The notes beneath the pieces were generated by a model that was not told where the DNA came from, ran no database searches, and saw only the letters and a list, made by a program, of their open reading frames with translations. DNA of 64,000 nucleotides. Source: Burkholderiales bacterium. Its GTDB lineage: Bacteria; Pseudomonadota; Gammaproteobacteria; Burkholderiales; Burkholderiaceae_C. The DNA lies in contig JAPLPK010000022.1 of assembly GCA_026400275.1 (NCBI GenBank), forward strand, positions 475 through 64,474. Reading direction: 5' to 3'. Position numbers and translations under genes: made by a program. Positions 36,590-46,044 of the stretch are shown here, one piece after another (position 1 is the first letter of the stretch; each line of letters opens with the position of its first letter).

Positions 36590-37498
36590 ATGTTACCGTC
36601 GCCTACGCCAGACTCCCTCAAAGAGCTGTGTGCCCTGATTGCACAACACTGCCATGGGCGTCGCACCGCCACCGTCATCCCGCGCGTTGGCCTGGTGCGC
36701 TCCGATACCCCGACCCTGCCCATGGGCGTGGTCTACCAGCCCATGCTGTACATCGTGGCGCAAGGGGCCAAGCGCACATTGCTGGGCAACAGCATCGTGG
36801 AATACGCTGCCGGCCAGTATTTGGTGGTGTCGGTGGACCTGCCCATCACCGGCTCGGTCATCCAGGCCAGTCCAGACGCACCGTATCTGGCGTTGTCTCT
36901 GGAGCTGGACCCGGCGGTGCTGGCCGACATGCTGCTCACCTTGCCGGGGGCAGCCCAGGACGCCCCCTTGCCCGGCCTGGCGGTCAGCCCGGTAACGCCC
37001 GACCTGCTGGACGCCGCCGTGCGCCTGCTGCGGCTGCTGGACCGGCCGGCCGACATCCCCATGCTGGCGCCGCTGGCCGAGCGCGAAATTCTGTACCGCC
37101 TGCTGACCGGCGCCCAGGCGCCCATGCTGCGCCAGATCGCGCTGGCGCACAGCCGCATGGCCCAGGTGGGCCAGGCCATAGGCTGGATCCGCAGCCACTT
37201 TGCCGAGCCGCTGCGCATTGACGATGTGGCGCAGCGGGCGAACATGAGCGCCTCTACCTTCCACCGGCATTTCAAGGCCGTGACCGCCATGAGCCCGCTG
37301 CAATACCAAAAGCAGATCCGCCTGCAAGAGGCGCGGCGCCTGCTGCTGGCTGGCCAGGCCGATGCGGCCAGCATTGGCTTTGCCGTGGGCTACGAGAGCC
37401 CGTCGCAGTTCAGCCGCGAATACGCCCGCATGTACGGCCAGCCGCCGCTGCGCGACGCCGTACGCCTACGCGGACTGGGGCCACTGGTGGCGGTGTAA
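36590..37498 (+). CDS. AraC-family regulator
   Basis: N-terminal AraC_N2-like domain; MSASTFHRHFKAVTAMSPLQYQK and VGYESPSQFSREY. Confidence 0.93.
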   Translation: MLPSPTPDSLKELCALIAQHCHGRRTATVIPRVGLVRSDTPTLPMGVVYQPMLYIVAQGAKRTLLGNSIVEYAAGQYLVVSVDLPITGSVIQASPDAPYLALSLELDPAVLADMLLTLPGAAQDAPLPGLAVSPVTPDLLDAAVRLLRLLDRPADIPMLAPLAEREILYRLLTGAQAPMLRQIALAHSRMAQVGQAIGWIRSHFAEPLRIDDVAQRANMSASTFHRHFKAVTAMSPLQYQKQIRLQEARRLLLAGQADAASIGFAVGYESPSQFSREYARMYGQPPLRDAVRLRGLGPLVAV

Positions 37499-37534
37499 CG
37501 GAGCCGTGCCGGGGTTTCCTACAATCGAGCCCTC

Positions 37535-38578
37535 ATGAAAACGCCCACCTACACCCGCGCCCAGCAACTCCCCGCCATCTTGGCGCAACGCATTGCCATC
37601 CTGGATGGCGCGATGGGCACCATGATCCAGCGCTTCAAGCTGACCGAAGAGCAGTACCGCGGCGAGCGTTTTAAAGACTTTCACAAGGATGTGAAGGGCA
37701 ATAACGAGCTGCTGAGCCTGACCCGGCCCGACGTGATCCGCGACATCCATGAAGGCTACCTGGCCGCCGGCGCCGACCTGATCGAAACCAATACCTTCGG
37801 CGCCACCACTGTGGCCCAGGAGGATTACGACATGGCCGACCTGGCGATCGAGATGAACTTCGAGTCCGCCCGCATCGCCCGCGCCGCCTGCGACAAATAC
37901 AGCACGCCGGACAAGCCGCGCTTCGTCGCCGGCGCCCTCGGCCCCACGCCCAAGACGGCCAGCATCAGCCCCGATGTGAACGACCCCGGCGCGCGCAACA
38001 TCAACTTCGAGCAGCTGCGCAAAGCTTATTACGAGCAGACCAAGGCCCTGGTCGAAGGCGGCGCGGACGTGATCCTGGTCGAGACGATTTTCGACACGCT
38101 GAACGCCAAGGCCGCGCTGTTCGCGGTGGACGAATACTTTGAAGACTCGGGCCAGCGCCTGCCGCTGATCATCAGCGGCACGGTGACCGATGCCTCGGGC
38201 CGCATCCTCAGCGGCCAGACCGTCACCGCCTTCTGGCACAGCGTGCGCCACGCCCAGCCGCTGGCCGTGGGCCTGAACTGCGCACTCGGCGCGGCGCTGA
38301 TGCGCCCCTACATCCAGGAGCTGCACCGCGTGGCGCCGGACACCTTCATCAGCTGCTACCCCAATGCAGGCCTGCCCAACCCGATGAGCGACACCGGCTT
38401 TGACGAAACGCCGGACGTCACCTCGGCCCTGGTGCGCGAGTTCGCCGCCGAAGGCCTGGTGAACATCGTCGGTGGCTGCTGCGGCACCACGCCCGACCAC
38501 ATCGCCGCCATCCACGACGCGGTGAACCCGCTGCCCGGCCGCGTGCTACGCCCGTTCTTCTACAAAGAGGCTGCCTGA
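37535..38578 (+). CDS. metH: Methionine synthase, homocysteine-binding half (split MetH)
   Basis: [41 protein letters not shown]. Confidence 0.93.
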   Translation: MKTPTYTRAQQLPAILAQRIAILDGAMGTMIQRFKLTEEQYRGERFKDFHKDVKGNNELLSLTRPDVIRDIHEGYLAAGADLIETNTFGATTVAQEDYDMADLAIEMNFESARIARAACDKYSTPDKPRFVAGALGPTPKTASISPDVNDPGARNINFEQLRKAYYEQTKALVEGGADVILVETIFDTLNAKAALFAVDEYFEDSGQRLPLIISGTVTDASGRILSGQTVTAFWHSVRHAQPLAVGLNCALGAALMRPYIQELHRVAPDTFISCYPNAGLPNPMSDTGFDETPDVTSALVREFAAEGLVNIVGGCCGTTPDHIAAIHDAVNPLPGRVLRPFFYKEAA

Positions 38579-38579
38579 T

Positions 38580-39587
38580 ATGCAAAAAGTGCGCTGGGGC
38601 GTATTGAGTACCGCCAAGATCGGTATGGAAAAGGTCACCCCGGCGCTGATGCGCAGCCAGTGGTGCGATGTGCAGGCGATTGCCTCGCGCTCCTTGCCAT
38701 CGGCCCGTGCCGCTGCGGACACGCTGGGCATCCCCACCGCCTACGGCTCCTACGAAGAGCTGCTGGCCGACCCGAGCATCGAGGCCATTTACAACCCGCT
38801 GCCCAACGACTTGCATGTGCCCATGACCCTGGCCGCAGCCCGCGCCGGCAAGCATGTGCTGTGCGAAAAGCCTATCGCGTTGAACGCCAATGAAGCCGCG
38901 CAGCTGCGCGAGGTGGCTGGCAAGGTCCACATCATGGAAGCCTTCATGGTGCGCTTCCACCCGCAGTGGCTGCGCACGCGCGAGCTGGTGCAGAGCGGCG
39001 CCCTGGGCGAGCTGCGCACGGTGCAGGCCTGGTTCTCCTATTTCAACCGCAACCCCGACAACATCCGCAACGATGCGAGCAAGGGCGGCGGCGCGCTGTT
39101 CGACATCGGCTGCTACCCCATCGTCGCCGGGCGCTTTCTGTTCGGTGCCGAGCCGGTGCGCGTGATGGCGCTGGCCGACATGGACCCCGATTTCAATGTG
39201 GACCGCACTTTCAGCGCCTTGCTGGACTTTGGTGGCGGCCGGCACCTGGACTTCACCGTCTCCACCCAGTCCACGCCCTACCAGCGCGTGCACGTAGTGG
39301 GCACGCAGCAACGGGTGGAAATCGAGATTCCGTTCAACGCGCCCCAGGGTGAAGCCACCCGCATCTTCATCGACAACGGCAAGGCCTTGGACGGCGCCAG
39401 CGCCAGGGTGGAAAGCTTTGCGCCCTGCGACCAGTACAGCCTGGAAGGCGACGCGTTCTCGCTGGCGATCCGTGGTGAAGCCCCACTGCTGTACGGCGTG
39501 GAAGACGCGGTCCAGAACATGCGCATCATCGACGCGCTGTTTGCCTCGCAGCGCAGCGGGCGCTGGGAAACGCTGGCTGCTATTTAA
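38580..39587 (+). CDS. Gfo/Idh/MocA oxidoreductase
   Basis: RWGVLSTAKIG, GKHVLCEKP, GGGALFDIGCY. Confidence 0.92.
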   Translation: MQKVRWGVLSTAKIGMEKVTPALMRSQWCDVQAIASRSLPSARAAADTLGIPTAYGSYEELLADPSIEAIYNPLPNDLHVPMTLAAARAGKHVLCEKPIALNANEAAQLREVAGKVHIMEAFMVRFHPQWLRTRELVQSGALGELRTVQAWFSYFNRNPDNIRNDASKGGGALFDIGCYPIVAGRFLFGAEPVRVMALADMDPDFNVDRTFSALLDFGGGRHLDFTVSTQSTPYQRVHVVGTQQRVEIEIPFNAPQGEATRIFIDNGKALDGASARVESFAPCDQYSLEGDAFSLAIRGEAPLLYGVEDAVQNMRIIDALFASQRSGRWETLAAI

Positions 39588-39632
39588 TTGCTAGCTGCTT
39601 GTGCAGGTAATACCTGCGCTACAGGCCTATTT
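39578..39632 (+). repeat. Dispersed double-hairpin repeat, copy 9 (overlaps the oxidoreductase stop)
   Basis: TGCTATTTAATTGCTAGCTGCTTGTGCAGGTAATACCTGCGCTACAGGCCTATTT. Confidence 0.85.
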
Positions 39633-39633
39633 G

Positions 39634-40560
39634 TTATAAATTATTGGCGGATGTCGCCAGCAGTTTGCTGGCTTCCCTGCGGGCGCTGACCAGGGCGATA
39701 AAGCGCCGCGCCGCCAGGCCCAGCGGCCGTTCCTTGGACCAGACCACGTCTACCCACAGCTCCATGTGGTTGGTCAGGTTGTCGAACGGTATCTCCACCA
39801 GGCTACCAGCGGCAATCTGGCCGCGCACAAACGACTGCGGCAGCCAGCCCCAGCCAATGCCGGCCTCGATCAGGACCAGCGCGGCGATGTGGTTGTCGGT
39901 GCGCCAGCAGTGCCGGGCAAAGGCAAAGCGGCGGTCTATGGTGGCCAGGTCGCGGCTGGCCACCACGATCTGGCGGGTGTTGGTTAGTTGCTCTTCGCGC
40001 AGGCCGTCCGGGCCTTGCAGGGTGCGCGCCAGCAGCTCGGGCGACATCACCGCCACCAGGGTTTCGCTGCTGACCTCTTGAAAGCCTTCGCGCCCGTCCA
40101 GGCTAGGCCTCTCGAACACCAGGGCCAGGTTGGCCCGGCCTGCGTGCAGCATGCTCAACGCATCGGCCTGCGGTGCGGCCAGCACCTCCACTTCCAGCAG
40201 GGGATATTCCTGCGCCAGTGTGGCCAGTGGGCTGCGCCACTGGGCTGCCAGTAGCTCGGGGGCGATGGCCAGGGTCAAACGGTTTTCCAGCCCTTGCGTC
40301 AGCCCCAGTGCCTGTGCGTTCAGCTGCTGCAGCTGGCTGGCCAGCAGGCGGGCCTGCGGCTCCAGCGACCGCGCGGTGGCGGTGGGCCGGGGCTCGCGCC
40401 CGCTGCGGTCGAACAGCTCCAGCCCCAGCTCGGCCTCCAGGTGGGCGACGGCCATGCTGACTGCCGACGGCACCCGCCCCAGGGCGCGCGCTGCGGCCGA
40501 GAACGAGCCCCTGTCCAGCACGGCCAGAAATACCTGCACGCTCTCGGTGGTGAATGCCAT
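39634..40560 (-). CDS. LysR regulator (AceR-like position)
   Basis: GSFSAAARALGRVPSAVSMAV; divergent from the PACE transporter. Confidence 0.9.
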   Translation of the reverse strand: MAFTTESVQVFLAVLDRGSFSAAARALGRVPSAVSMAVAHLEAELGLELFDRSGREPRPTATARSLEPQARLLASQLQQLNAQALGLTQGLENRLTLAIAPELLAAQWRSPLATLAQEYPLLEVEVLAAPQADALSMLHAGRANLALVFERPSLDGREGFQEVSSETLVAVMSPELLARTLQGPDGLREEQLTNTRQIVVASRDLATIDRRFAFARHCWRTDNHIAALVLIEAGIGWGWLPQSFVRGQIAAGSLVEIPFDNLTNHMELWVDVVWSKERPLGLAARRFIALVSARREASKLLATSANNL

Positions 40561-40669
40561 GGCTCAACCCATCAATAGAACTGACATAAGCTGACTTTAT
40601 ATATCAGAATTAAAGACATAAAGTGGCGGCATTACCGGTTCCAAGGCGGCTAAGCCGTTCAGATTTGCC

Positions 40670-41107
40670 ATGCAAGGTATCAAGCGCAAGTTGGTTTATG
40701 TAAGTTTGTTCGAAGGCATCGCCATTCTGGCGACCACCCTCGGTTTGTCCGGCATGACGGGCCACGGCATGCAGGATTCAAGCGTGGTGGCGGTCGCTGC
40801 CTCCAGCATCGCCATCACCTGGAACCTGGTGTTCAACACCTTGTTCGAGCGCTGGGAAGCGCGCCAGGCGGTGCATGGCCGCAGCCTGGGCCGGCGCATT
40901 GCGCATGCCATAGGCTTCGAGGGCGGACTGACGGTGTTTCTGGTGCCCTTGATGGCCTGGTGGTTCGACGCCACGCTGTGGCAGGCCCTGCTGATGGACC
41001 TGGGCTTGCTGGTGTTCTTCCTGGTTTACGCCTTCGTGTTCAATTGGGTTTTTGACCGCGTGTTTGGCCTGCCTACTTCAGCAGTGCGCAAGACGCAGCC
41101 GGCCTAG
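40670..41107 (+). CDS. PACE-family efflux transporter (AceI-like)
   Basis: Two half-repeats: RKLVYVSLFEG...WNLVFNTLFE and RRIAHAIGFEGG...FNWVFD. Confidence 0.88.
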   Translation: MQGIKRKLVYVSLFEGIAILATTLGLSGMTGHGMQDSSVVAVAASSIAITWNLVFNTLFERWEARQAVHGRSLGRRIAHAIGFEGGLTVFLVPLMAWWFDATLWQALLMDLGLLVFFLVYAFVFNWVFDRVFGLPTSAVRKTQPA

Positions 41108-41204
41108 TTGCCTGCACGGACTGCGGCGATTACGTAAGGATTAGCACCCTGCGCCAAACGGTGGCGCAGACCTAGGATGCGGGCTCTCATCCCTAGGAGT
41201 TCTT

Positions 41205-42284
41205 ATGTCCGTGTGCAAATTGCTTTCCGTGGCCGCCGCTGTCGCAGCCGTTGTTTCCATGCCCCTGCCCGCCGCTGCGTTTGATGGCTGGCACCTGGAC
41301 AACGCCACGGCGATCCCGGGCAAGGGATCGGCCTGGGACTATGTATCGCTGGACGCAGCGCGCGGTCACCTGTTCATCGGCCGCCGTGGCGCGGGCCTGC
41401 AGGTCTACGACCTGGCCAGCCACAAGGCGCTTGGCATCATCGGCACGACGGCCAGCGACAGCGCTAACGGCGCCACCTTGATGCCCGAGTTCGACCTCGG
41501 CATTTCATACAACGAAAACGGCACCATCACCCCCTTCAAGCTGTCCACACTGGAGGCGCAAGCGTCCATCAAGCTGGGCGACGAGCTGGATGCCACCCAC
41601 TACGACCCGGCCACCAAGCGCATCATCGTGAATATGGCGGCAGGAAAAGACGGCACGGAGTTGCAGGTGCTGGAGGCCCCCTCATTGAAAAAGGTTGGCT
41701 CCATCAAGGTCAGCACCAAAAAGCCTGAGCACGCCGAAGCCGACGGCCAGGGCAATTTCTACATGGCCTCGCGCGACGAGAACTCGGTGTACCGCATCAA
41801 CACCAAAGACATGACCGTCACCGCCCAGTGGCCCACACCTGGTTGCGCCCAGACTAACGGCCTGGCGCTGGATGCGGCCAACCGCCGCATCTTCCTGGGC
41901 TGCCGTGGCAGCGCGACGGTGAAGCCGTCTTTTGCGGTGATGGATGCTGACAACGGCGCCATCCTCTACACCTTTGAAATCGGTGGCGGCAACGATGACG
42001 TGGTGTATGACGCCGAGCTGAAACGGGTGTTCCTGACCAACGGTGTGAACTCGGTCATGAATGTGTTCGAGCAGGTCGATGCCAATACCTACAAGCCGTC
42101 TGAAGCGCTGGGCACCATGGCCGGCGTACGCACCATGGCCATGGACCACAAGAGCAAGAAGATCTACGCCATCACCGCAGAAGGCAGCGCCGATTACAGC
42201 AAGAAGATCACCACCAGCGTGTCGCCGTACTACGCCAATACCTTTTTTGACAACAAGTTCTACGTGCTGACCTACAGCAAGTAA
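41205..42284 (+). CDS. Secreted YncE-like beta-propeller protein
   Basis: Signal peptide; WDYVSLD, GLALDAANRRIFLGC, DDVVYD, RTMAMD repeats. Confidence 0.78.
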   Translation: MSVCKLLSVAAAVAAVVSMPLPAAAFDGWHLDNATAIPGKGSAWDYVSLDAARGHLFIGRRGAGLQVYDLASHKALGIIGTTASDSANGATLMPEFDLGISYNENGTITPFKLSTLEAQASIKLGDELDATHYDPATKRIIVNMAAGKDGTELQVLEAPSLKKVGSIKVSTKKPEHAEADGQGNFYMASRDENSVYRINTKDMTVTAQWPTPGCAQTNGLALDAANRRIFLGCRGSATVKPSFAVMDADNGAILYTFEIGGGNDDVVYDAELKRVFLTNGVNSVMNVFEQVDANTYKPSEALGTMAGVRTMAMDHKSKKIYAITAEGSADYSKKITTSVSPYYANTFFDNKFYVLTYSK

Positions 42285-42300
42285 GCCCGGTGGCTTACTG

Positions 42301-42325
42301 ATTCCGCCCCCTGTCGGGGGCGAAA
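42301..42325. terminator. Hairpin between convergent genes, possible terminator
   Basis: CGCCCCC-tgtc-GGGGGCG stem; no clear U-tract. Confidence 0.45.
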
Positions 42326-42934
42326 TCAGGTCGGCATCAGGTGGTCGATTTCCTGCTGCATGGCCTGCACCAGCTGGCTGTAGCGCTTCAGCTTCTCTGA
42401 GGTTTCGCGCAGCCGCTCGGCCACGCGCATGGAAATCGCCAGCAGCAGCTTGGCGGCAGTATGCGGGTCGTCCTGGCTGAGCTTTTCCAGAGCGGCGCGC
42501 GACAGGATGGCGCAGACCACATTGGTGCTGGCGGTACACGAGGCCAGCCGCGCCTGGCCGTCGATCAGGCCCATTTCGCCAATCAGGCTGCCCGGGCCTA
42601 GCACGGTCACGGTGACCGGGTTGTGCCGGCTGACGATAACGTTTTCTACCGTCACTTCGCCTTCCAGCAGCAGAACCATGTAGCCGGTTTCGCTTTTGTC
42701 CCCCTCGATGATGAAGGTGGTGTCTATCGGGATGCGGCGCGGTGTCATATAGCTGACGACGGTCAGCGCCTCTTCGGGCAGCAGCTGCATCAGCGCCGTG
42801 GGGGCGATGAGCAGCTCGGCCGCCCGGTTGGCCGACTCGGAGCCTTCTACGGCCCGCATGCGCTGCTTGGGCAGAAGGTCTTCGGGTTGTTGGCCTTGAA
42901 CGGTTTTCTTGCTGCCAAAGAAGTTTTCAAACAT
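42326..42934 (-). CDS. Stand-alone cyclic nucleotide-binding domain protein
   Basis: FIIEGD, LLEGEV, LGPGSLIGEMGLIDGQARLAS; no HTH. Confidence 0.85.
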   Translation of the reverse strand: MFENFFGSKKTVQGQQPEDLLPKQRMRAVEGSESANRAAELLIAPTALMQLLPEEALTVVSYMTPRRIPIDTTFIIEGDKSETGYMVLLLEGEVTVENVIVSRHNPVTVTVLGPGSLIGEMGLIDGQARLASCTASTNVVCAILSRAALEKLSQDDPHTAAKLLLAISMRVAERLRETSEKLKRYSQLVQAMQQEIDHLMPT

Positions 42935-43042
42935 GCTGGGGGAGGGGTGTAGAAGTAACAGATTGTCTGCGCGGGAAGTTTAGAGCTTTCTCGGGACCCA
43001 GGGTAGGGCGGCGGGTTCGCGCATAGCCTTTAAAATCGGCAC

Positions 43043-43118
43043 TTCCAAGGAGCGTTGCAGCGGGGCTGGTCCCCGTCAGGCTTGGAAAGCTCTTGTACGA
43101 GACCGCAACGACGCTCAC
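43043..43118 (+). ncRNA. SAH riboswitch
   Basis: P1 TTCCAAG/CTTGGAA; GAGCGTTGC pairs in a pseudoknot with CAACGACGCTC; P2 GCGGGG/CCCCGT followed by CAGG; 31 nt upstream of metH. Confidence 0.9.
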
Positions 43119-43149
43119 CTGAACCATGCCCCCTCCACAGGTGAGTTGA

Positions 43150-45897
43150 ATGTCCGAACCCGTCGCAAATTCCGTCCCCCCCATGCTGTTGTCCGGCCTG
43201 GAGCCTGTGCTCATTGGCCCCGGCACGTTGTTCGTCAACATCGGCGAGCGCACCAATGTCACCGGCTCTAAGGCTTTCGCCCGGATGATTTTGAACGGCG
43301 AGTTCGACCAGGCCTTGTCGGTGGCGCGCCAGCAGGTGGAAAACGGCGCCCAGGTGATCGACATCAACATGGACGAAGCCATGCTGGACAGCAAGGCCGC
43401 CATGGTGCGCTTCCTGAACCTGATCGCCAGCGAGCCTGACATCGCCCGTGTGCCCATCATGATCGACAGCAGCAAGTGGGAGGTGATCGAAGCCGGCCTG
43501 CGCTGCATCCAGGGCAAGGGCATCGTCAATTCCATCAGCATGAAAGAAGGCGTGGAGCAGTTCAAGCACCACGCCAAGCTGCTGCGCCGCTACGGTGCGG
43601 CAGCGGTGGTGATGGCCTTTGACGAAAAAGGCCAGGCCGATACCTACGAGCGCAAGGTCGAGATCTGCGAACGCGCCTACCGCATCCTGGTGGACGAGGT
43701 GGGCTATCCGCCAGAAGACATCATCTTCGACCCGAACATCTTCGCGGTGGCCACCGGTATTGAGGAGCACAACAACTACGCGGTGGATTTCATCGAAGCC
43801 ACGCGCTGGATCAAGCAGAACCTGCCGGGCGCCAAGGTATCGGGCGGTGTCTCGAACGTGTCCTTCAGCTTCCGTGGCAACGACCCGGTGCGCGAGGCCA
43901 TCCACACCGTGTTCCTGTACCACGCCATCCAGGCGGGTATGGACATGGGCATCGTTAACGCCGGCATGGTCGGCGTGTACGACGACCTGGAGCCGGTGCT
44001 GCGCGAGCGCGTGGAAGACGTGGTGCTGAACCGCCGGCCCGACGCGGGCGAGCGCTTGGTCGAAATTGCCGAAACCGCCAAGAGCGGCGCCAAAGACGAG
44101 AGCAAGCGCCTGGACTGGCGCGGCACGGCGGACCACCCCGTGTCGGTGGAAGACCGGCTCAGCCACGCCATGGTGCACGGCATCACCGAATTCATCGTGC
44201 CCGATACCGAAGAGGCCTACCAGGCCGTGCTGGCCAAGGGTGGCCGTCCGCTGCATGTGATCGAAGGCCCGCTGATGGCGGGCATGAACATCGTGGGCGA
44301 CCTGTTTGGCCAGGGCAAGATGTTCTTGCCGCAGGTGGTGAAGTCGGCACGGGTCATGAAATCCGCCGTGGCGCATTTGATTCCTTACATCGAAGAAGAA
44401 AAACGCCTGGACGAAGCCGCTGGCCGCGATGTGCGCACCAAGGGCAAGATCATCATCGCCACCGTCAAGGGCGATGTGCACGACATTGGCAAGAACATCG
44501 TCACGGTAGTTTTGCAGTGCAATAACTTCGAGGTGGTGAACATGGGCGTGATGGTGCCCTGCCACGAGATCCTGGCGCGCGCCAAGGTCGAGGGCGCCGA
44601 CATCGTGGGCCTGAGCGGTCTGATCACCCCCAGCCTGGAAGAAATGCAGTACGTGGCCGGCGAGATGCAAAAGGACGACCACTTCCGCGTCAAGAAGATC
44701 CCGCTGATGATCGGCGGCGCCACCACCAGCCGCGTGCACACCGCCGTGAAGATCGCCCACCACTACGACGGCCCGGTGGTCTACGTGCCCGATGCATCGC
44801 GCAGTGTGGGTGTGGCGCAGAGCCTACTTGGGGATGGTGCTGCAGATTTCATAGCAGAACTGAATGCCGACTACGACAAGGTGCGCCTGCAGCACGCCAA
44901 CAAGAAGCAGACCCCGCTGTGGCCGCTGGCCAAATGCCGGGCCAACAAGACGCCGATCAACTGGACCGGCTATACGCCCAAGGTGCCCAAGTTCATCGGC
45001 CGCCGTGTCTTCAAGAATTTCGACCTGACCGAGCTGGCCAAGTACATCGACTGGGGCCCGTTCTTCCAGACCTGGGACCTGGCCGGCCCGTACCCCGCCA
45101 TCCTGACCGACGAAGTGGTCGGCATAGAAGCCACCCGTGTCCACAAGGATGCGCAGGCCATGCTGAAGCGCGTGGTCGAAGGCCGCTGGCTCACCGCCAA
45201 CGGTGTGATTTCCCTGTACCCGGCGAACACGGTGAATGACGACGATATCGTTTTCTACACCGACGAGTCGCGCGCGGAAGTCGCCATGACCTGGTATGGC
45301 CTGCGCCAGCAGGCCGAAAAGCAGGCGGTGGACGGTGTCATGCGCCCCAGCCGCTGCCTGGCCGACTTCGTGGCACCCAAGGCCAGTGGCGTGGCGGACT
45401 ACGCGGGCATGTTTGCCGTCACCGCCGGCCTGGGCGCCGAGAAGAAGGAAGCCCAGTTCATGGCCAAGCTGGACGACTACTCCAGCATCATGTTCAAGGC
45501 CATCGCCGACCGCCTGGCCGAGGCCTTTGCCGAATGCCTGCACCAGCGCGTGCGCACCGACCTGTGGGGCACGTCGCCGCAAGAGGCGCTGAGCGTAGAG
45601 GAGATGATTGGCGAGAAATACACCGGCATCCGCCCCGCGCCCGGCTACCCTGCCTGCCCTGACCACAGCGCCAAGCGCGAGATGTTCGACCTGCTGCAGT
45701 GCCACGACATCGGCATGGAGCTGACCGAAAGCCTGGCGATGATGCCAGCCGCCAGTGTCAGCGGCTTCTACCTGGGTCACCCAGACAGCGTGTACTTCAA
45801 CGTTGGCAAGATTGGCGAAGACCAGCTGAAAGACCTGGCCCAGCGCCGGGGCGTGGCCGAGAAGGATTTGCAACGCCTTTTGGCACCGAATCTGTAA
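43150..45897 (+). CDS. metH: B12-dependent methionine synthase (pterin, cap, cobalamin and activation domains)
   Basis: [54 protein letters not shown]. Confidence 0.96.
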   Translation: MSEPVANSVPPMLLSGLEPVLIGPGTLFVNIGERTNVTGSKAFARMILNGEFDQALSVARQQVENGAQVIDINMDEAMLDSKAAMVRFLNLIASEPDIARVPIMIDSSKWEVIEAGLRCIQGKGIVNSISMKEGVEQFKHHAKLLRRYGAAAVVMAFDEKGQADTYERKVEICERAYRILVDEVGYPPEDIIFDPNIFAVATGIEEHNNYAVDFIEATRWIKQNLPGAKVSGGVSNVSFSFRGNDPVREAIHTVFLYHAIQAGMDMGIVNAGMVGVYDDLEPVLRERVEDVVLNRRPDAGERLVEIAETAKSGAKDESKRLDWRGTADHPVSVEDRLSHAMVHGITEFIVPDTEEAYQAVLAKGGRPLHVIEGPLMAGMNIVGDLFGQGKMFLPQVVKSARVMKSAVAHLIPYIEEEKRLDEAAGRDVRTKGKIIIATVKGDVHDIGKNIVTVVLQCNNFEVVNMGVMVPCHEILARAKVEGADIVGLSGLITPSLEEMQYVAGEMQKDDHFRVKKIPLMIGGATTSRVHTAVKIAHHYDGPVVYVPDASRSVGVAQSLLGDGAADFIAELNADYDKVRLQHANKKQTPLWPLAKCRANKTPINWTGYTPKVPKFIGRRVFKNFDLTELAKYIDWGPFFQTWDLAGPYPAILTDEVVGIEATRVHKDAQAMLKRVVEGRWLTANGVISLYPANTVNDDDIVFYTDESRAEVAMTWYGLRQQAEKQAVDGVMRPSRCLADFVAPKASGVADYAGMFAVTAGLGAEKKEAQFMAKLDDYSSIMFKAIADRLAEAFAECLHQRVRTDLWGTSPQEALSVEEMIGEKYTGIRPAPGYPACPDHSAKREMFDLLQCHDIGMELTESLAMMPAASVSGFYLGHPDSVYFNVGKIGEDQLKDLAQRRGVAEKDLQRLLAPNL

Positions 45898-46044
45898 AAC
45901 CTGGGGCTCGTCCGCATGCGGGCGCGTGGATTTACGTGGAAGATGGGTCTTAAGCGCTCAGCTTACTAACTTGTACTTTGCTACAGTTTGTAAGAAACTG
46001 AGTTAATCCCCCCACTTAGCGCCACGCCTTCTGCCGGATTGCCC

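Noticed and set aside
37535-38578. metH N-terminal half as a pseudogene fragment
   Set aside because: Complete domain with Zn-binding cysteines and its own start and stop; split MetH is a known arrangement.
41110-41204. Known riboswitch (c-di-GMP-I, fluoride, cobalamin) before the beta-propeller gene
   Set aside because: Their conserved core sequences are absent; kept only as an unclassified RBS hairpin.
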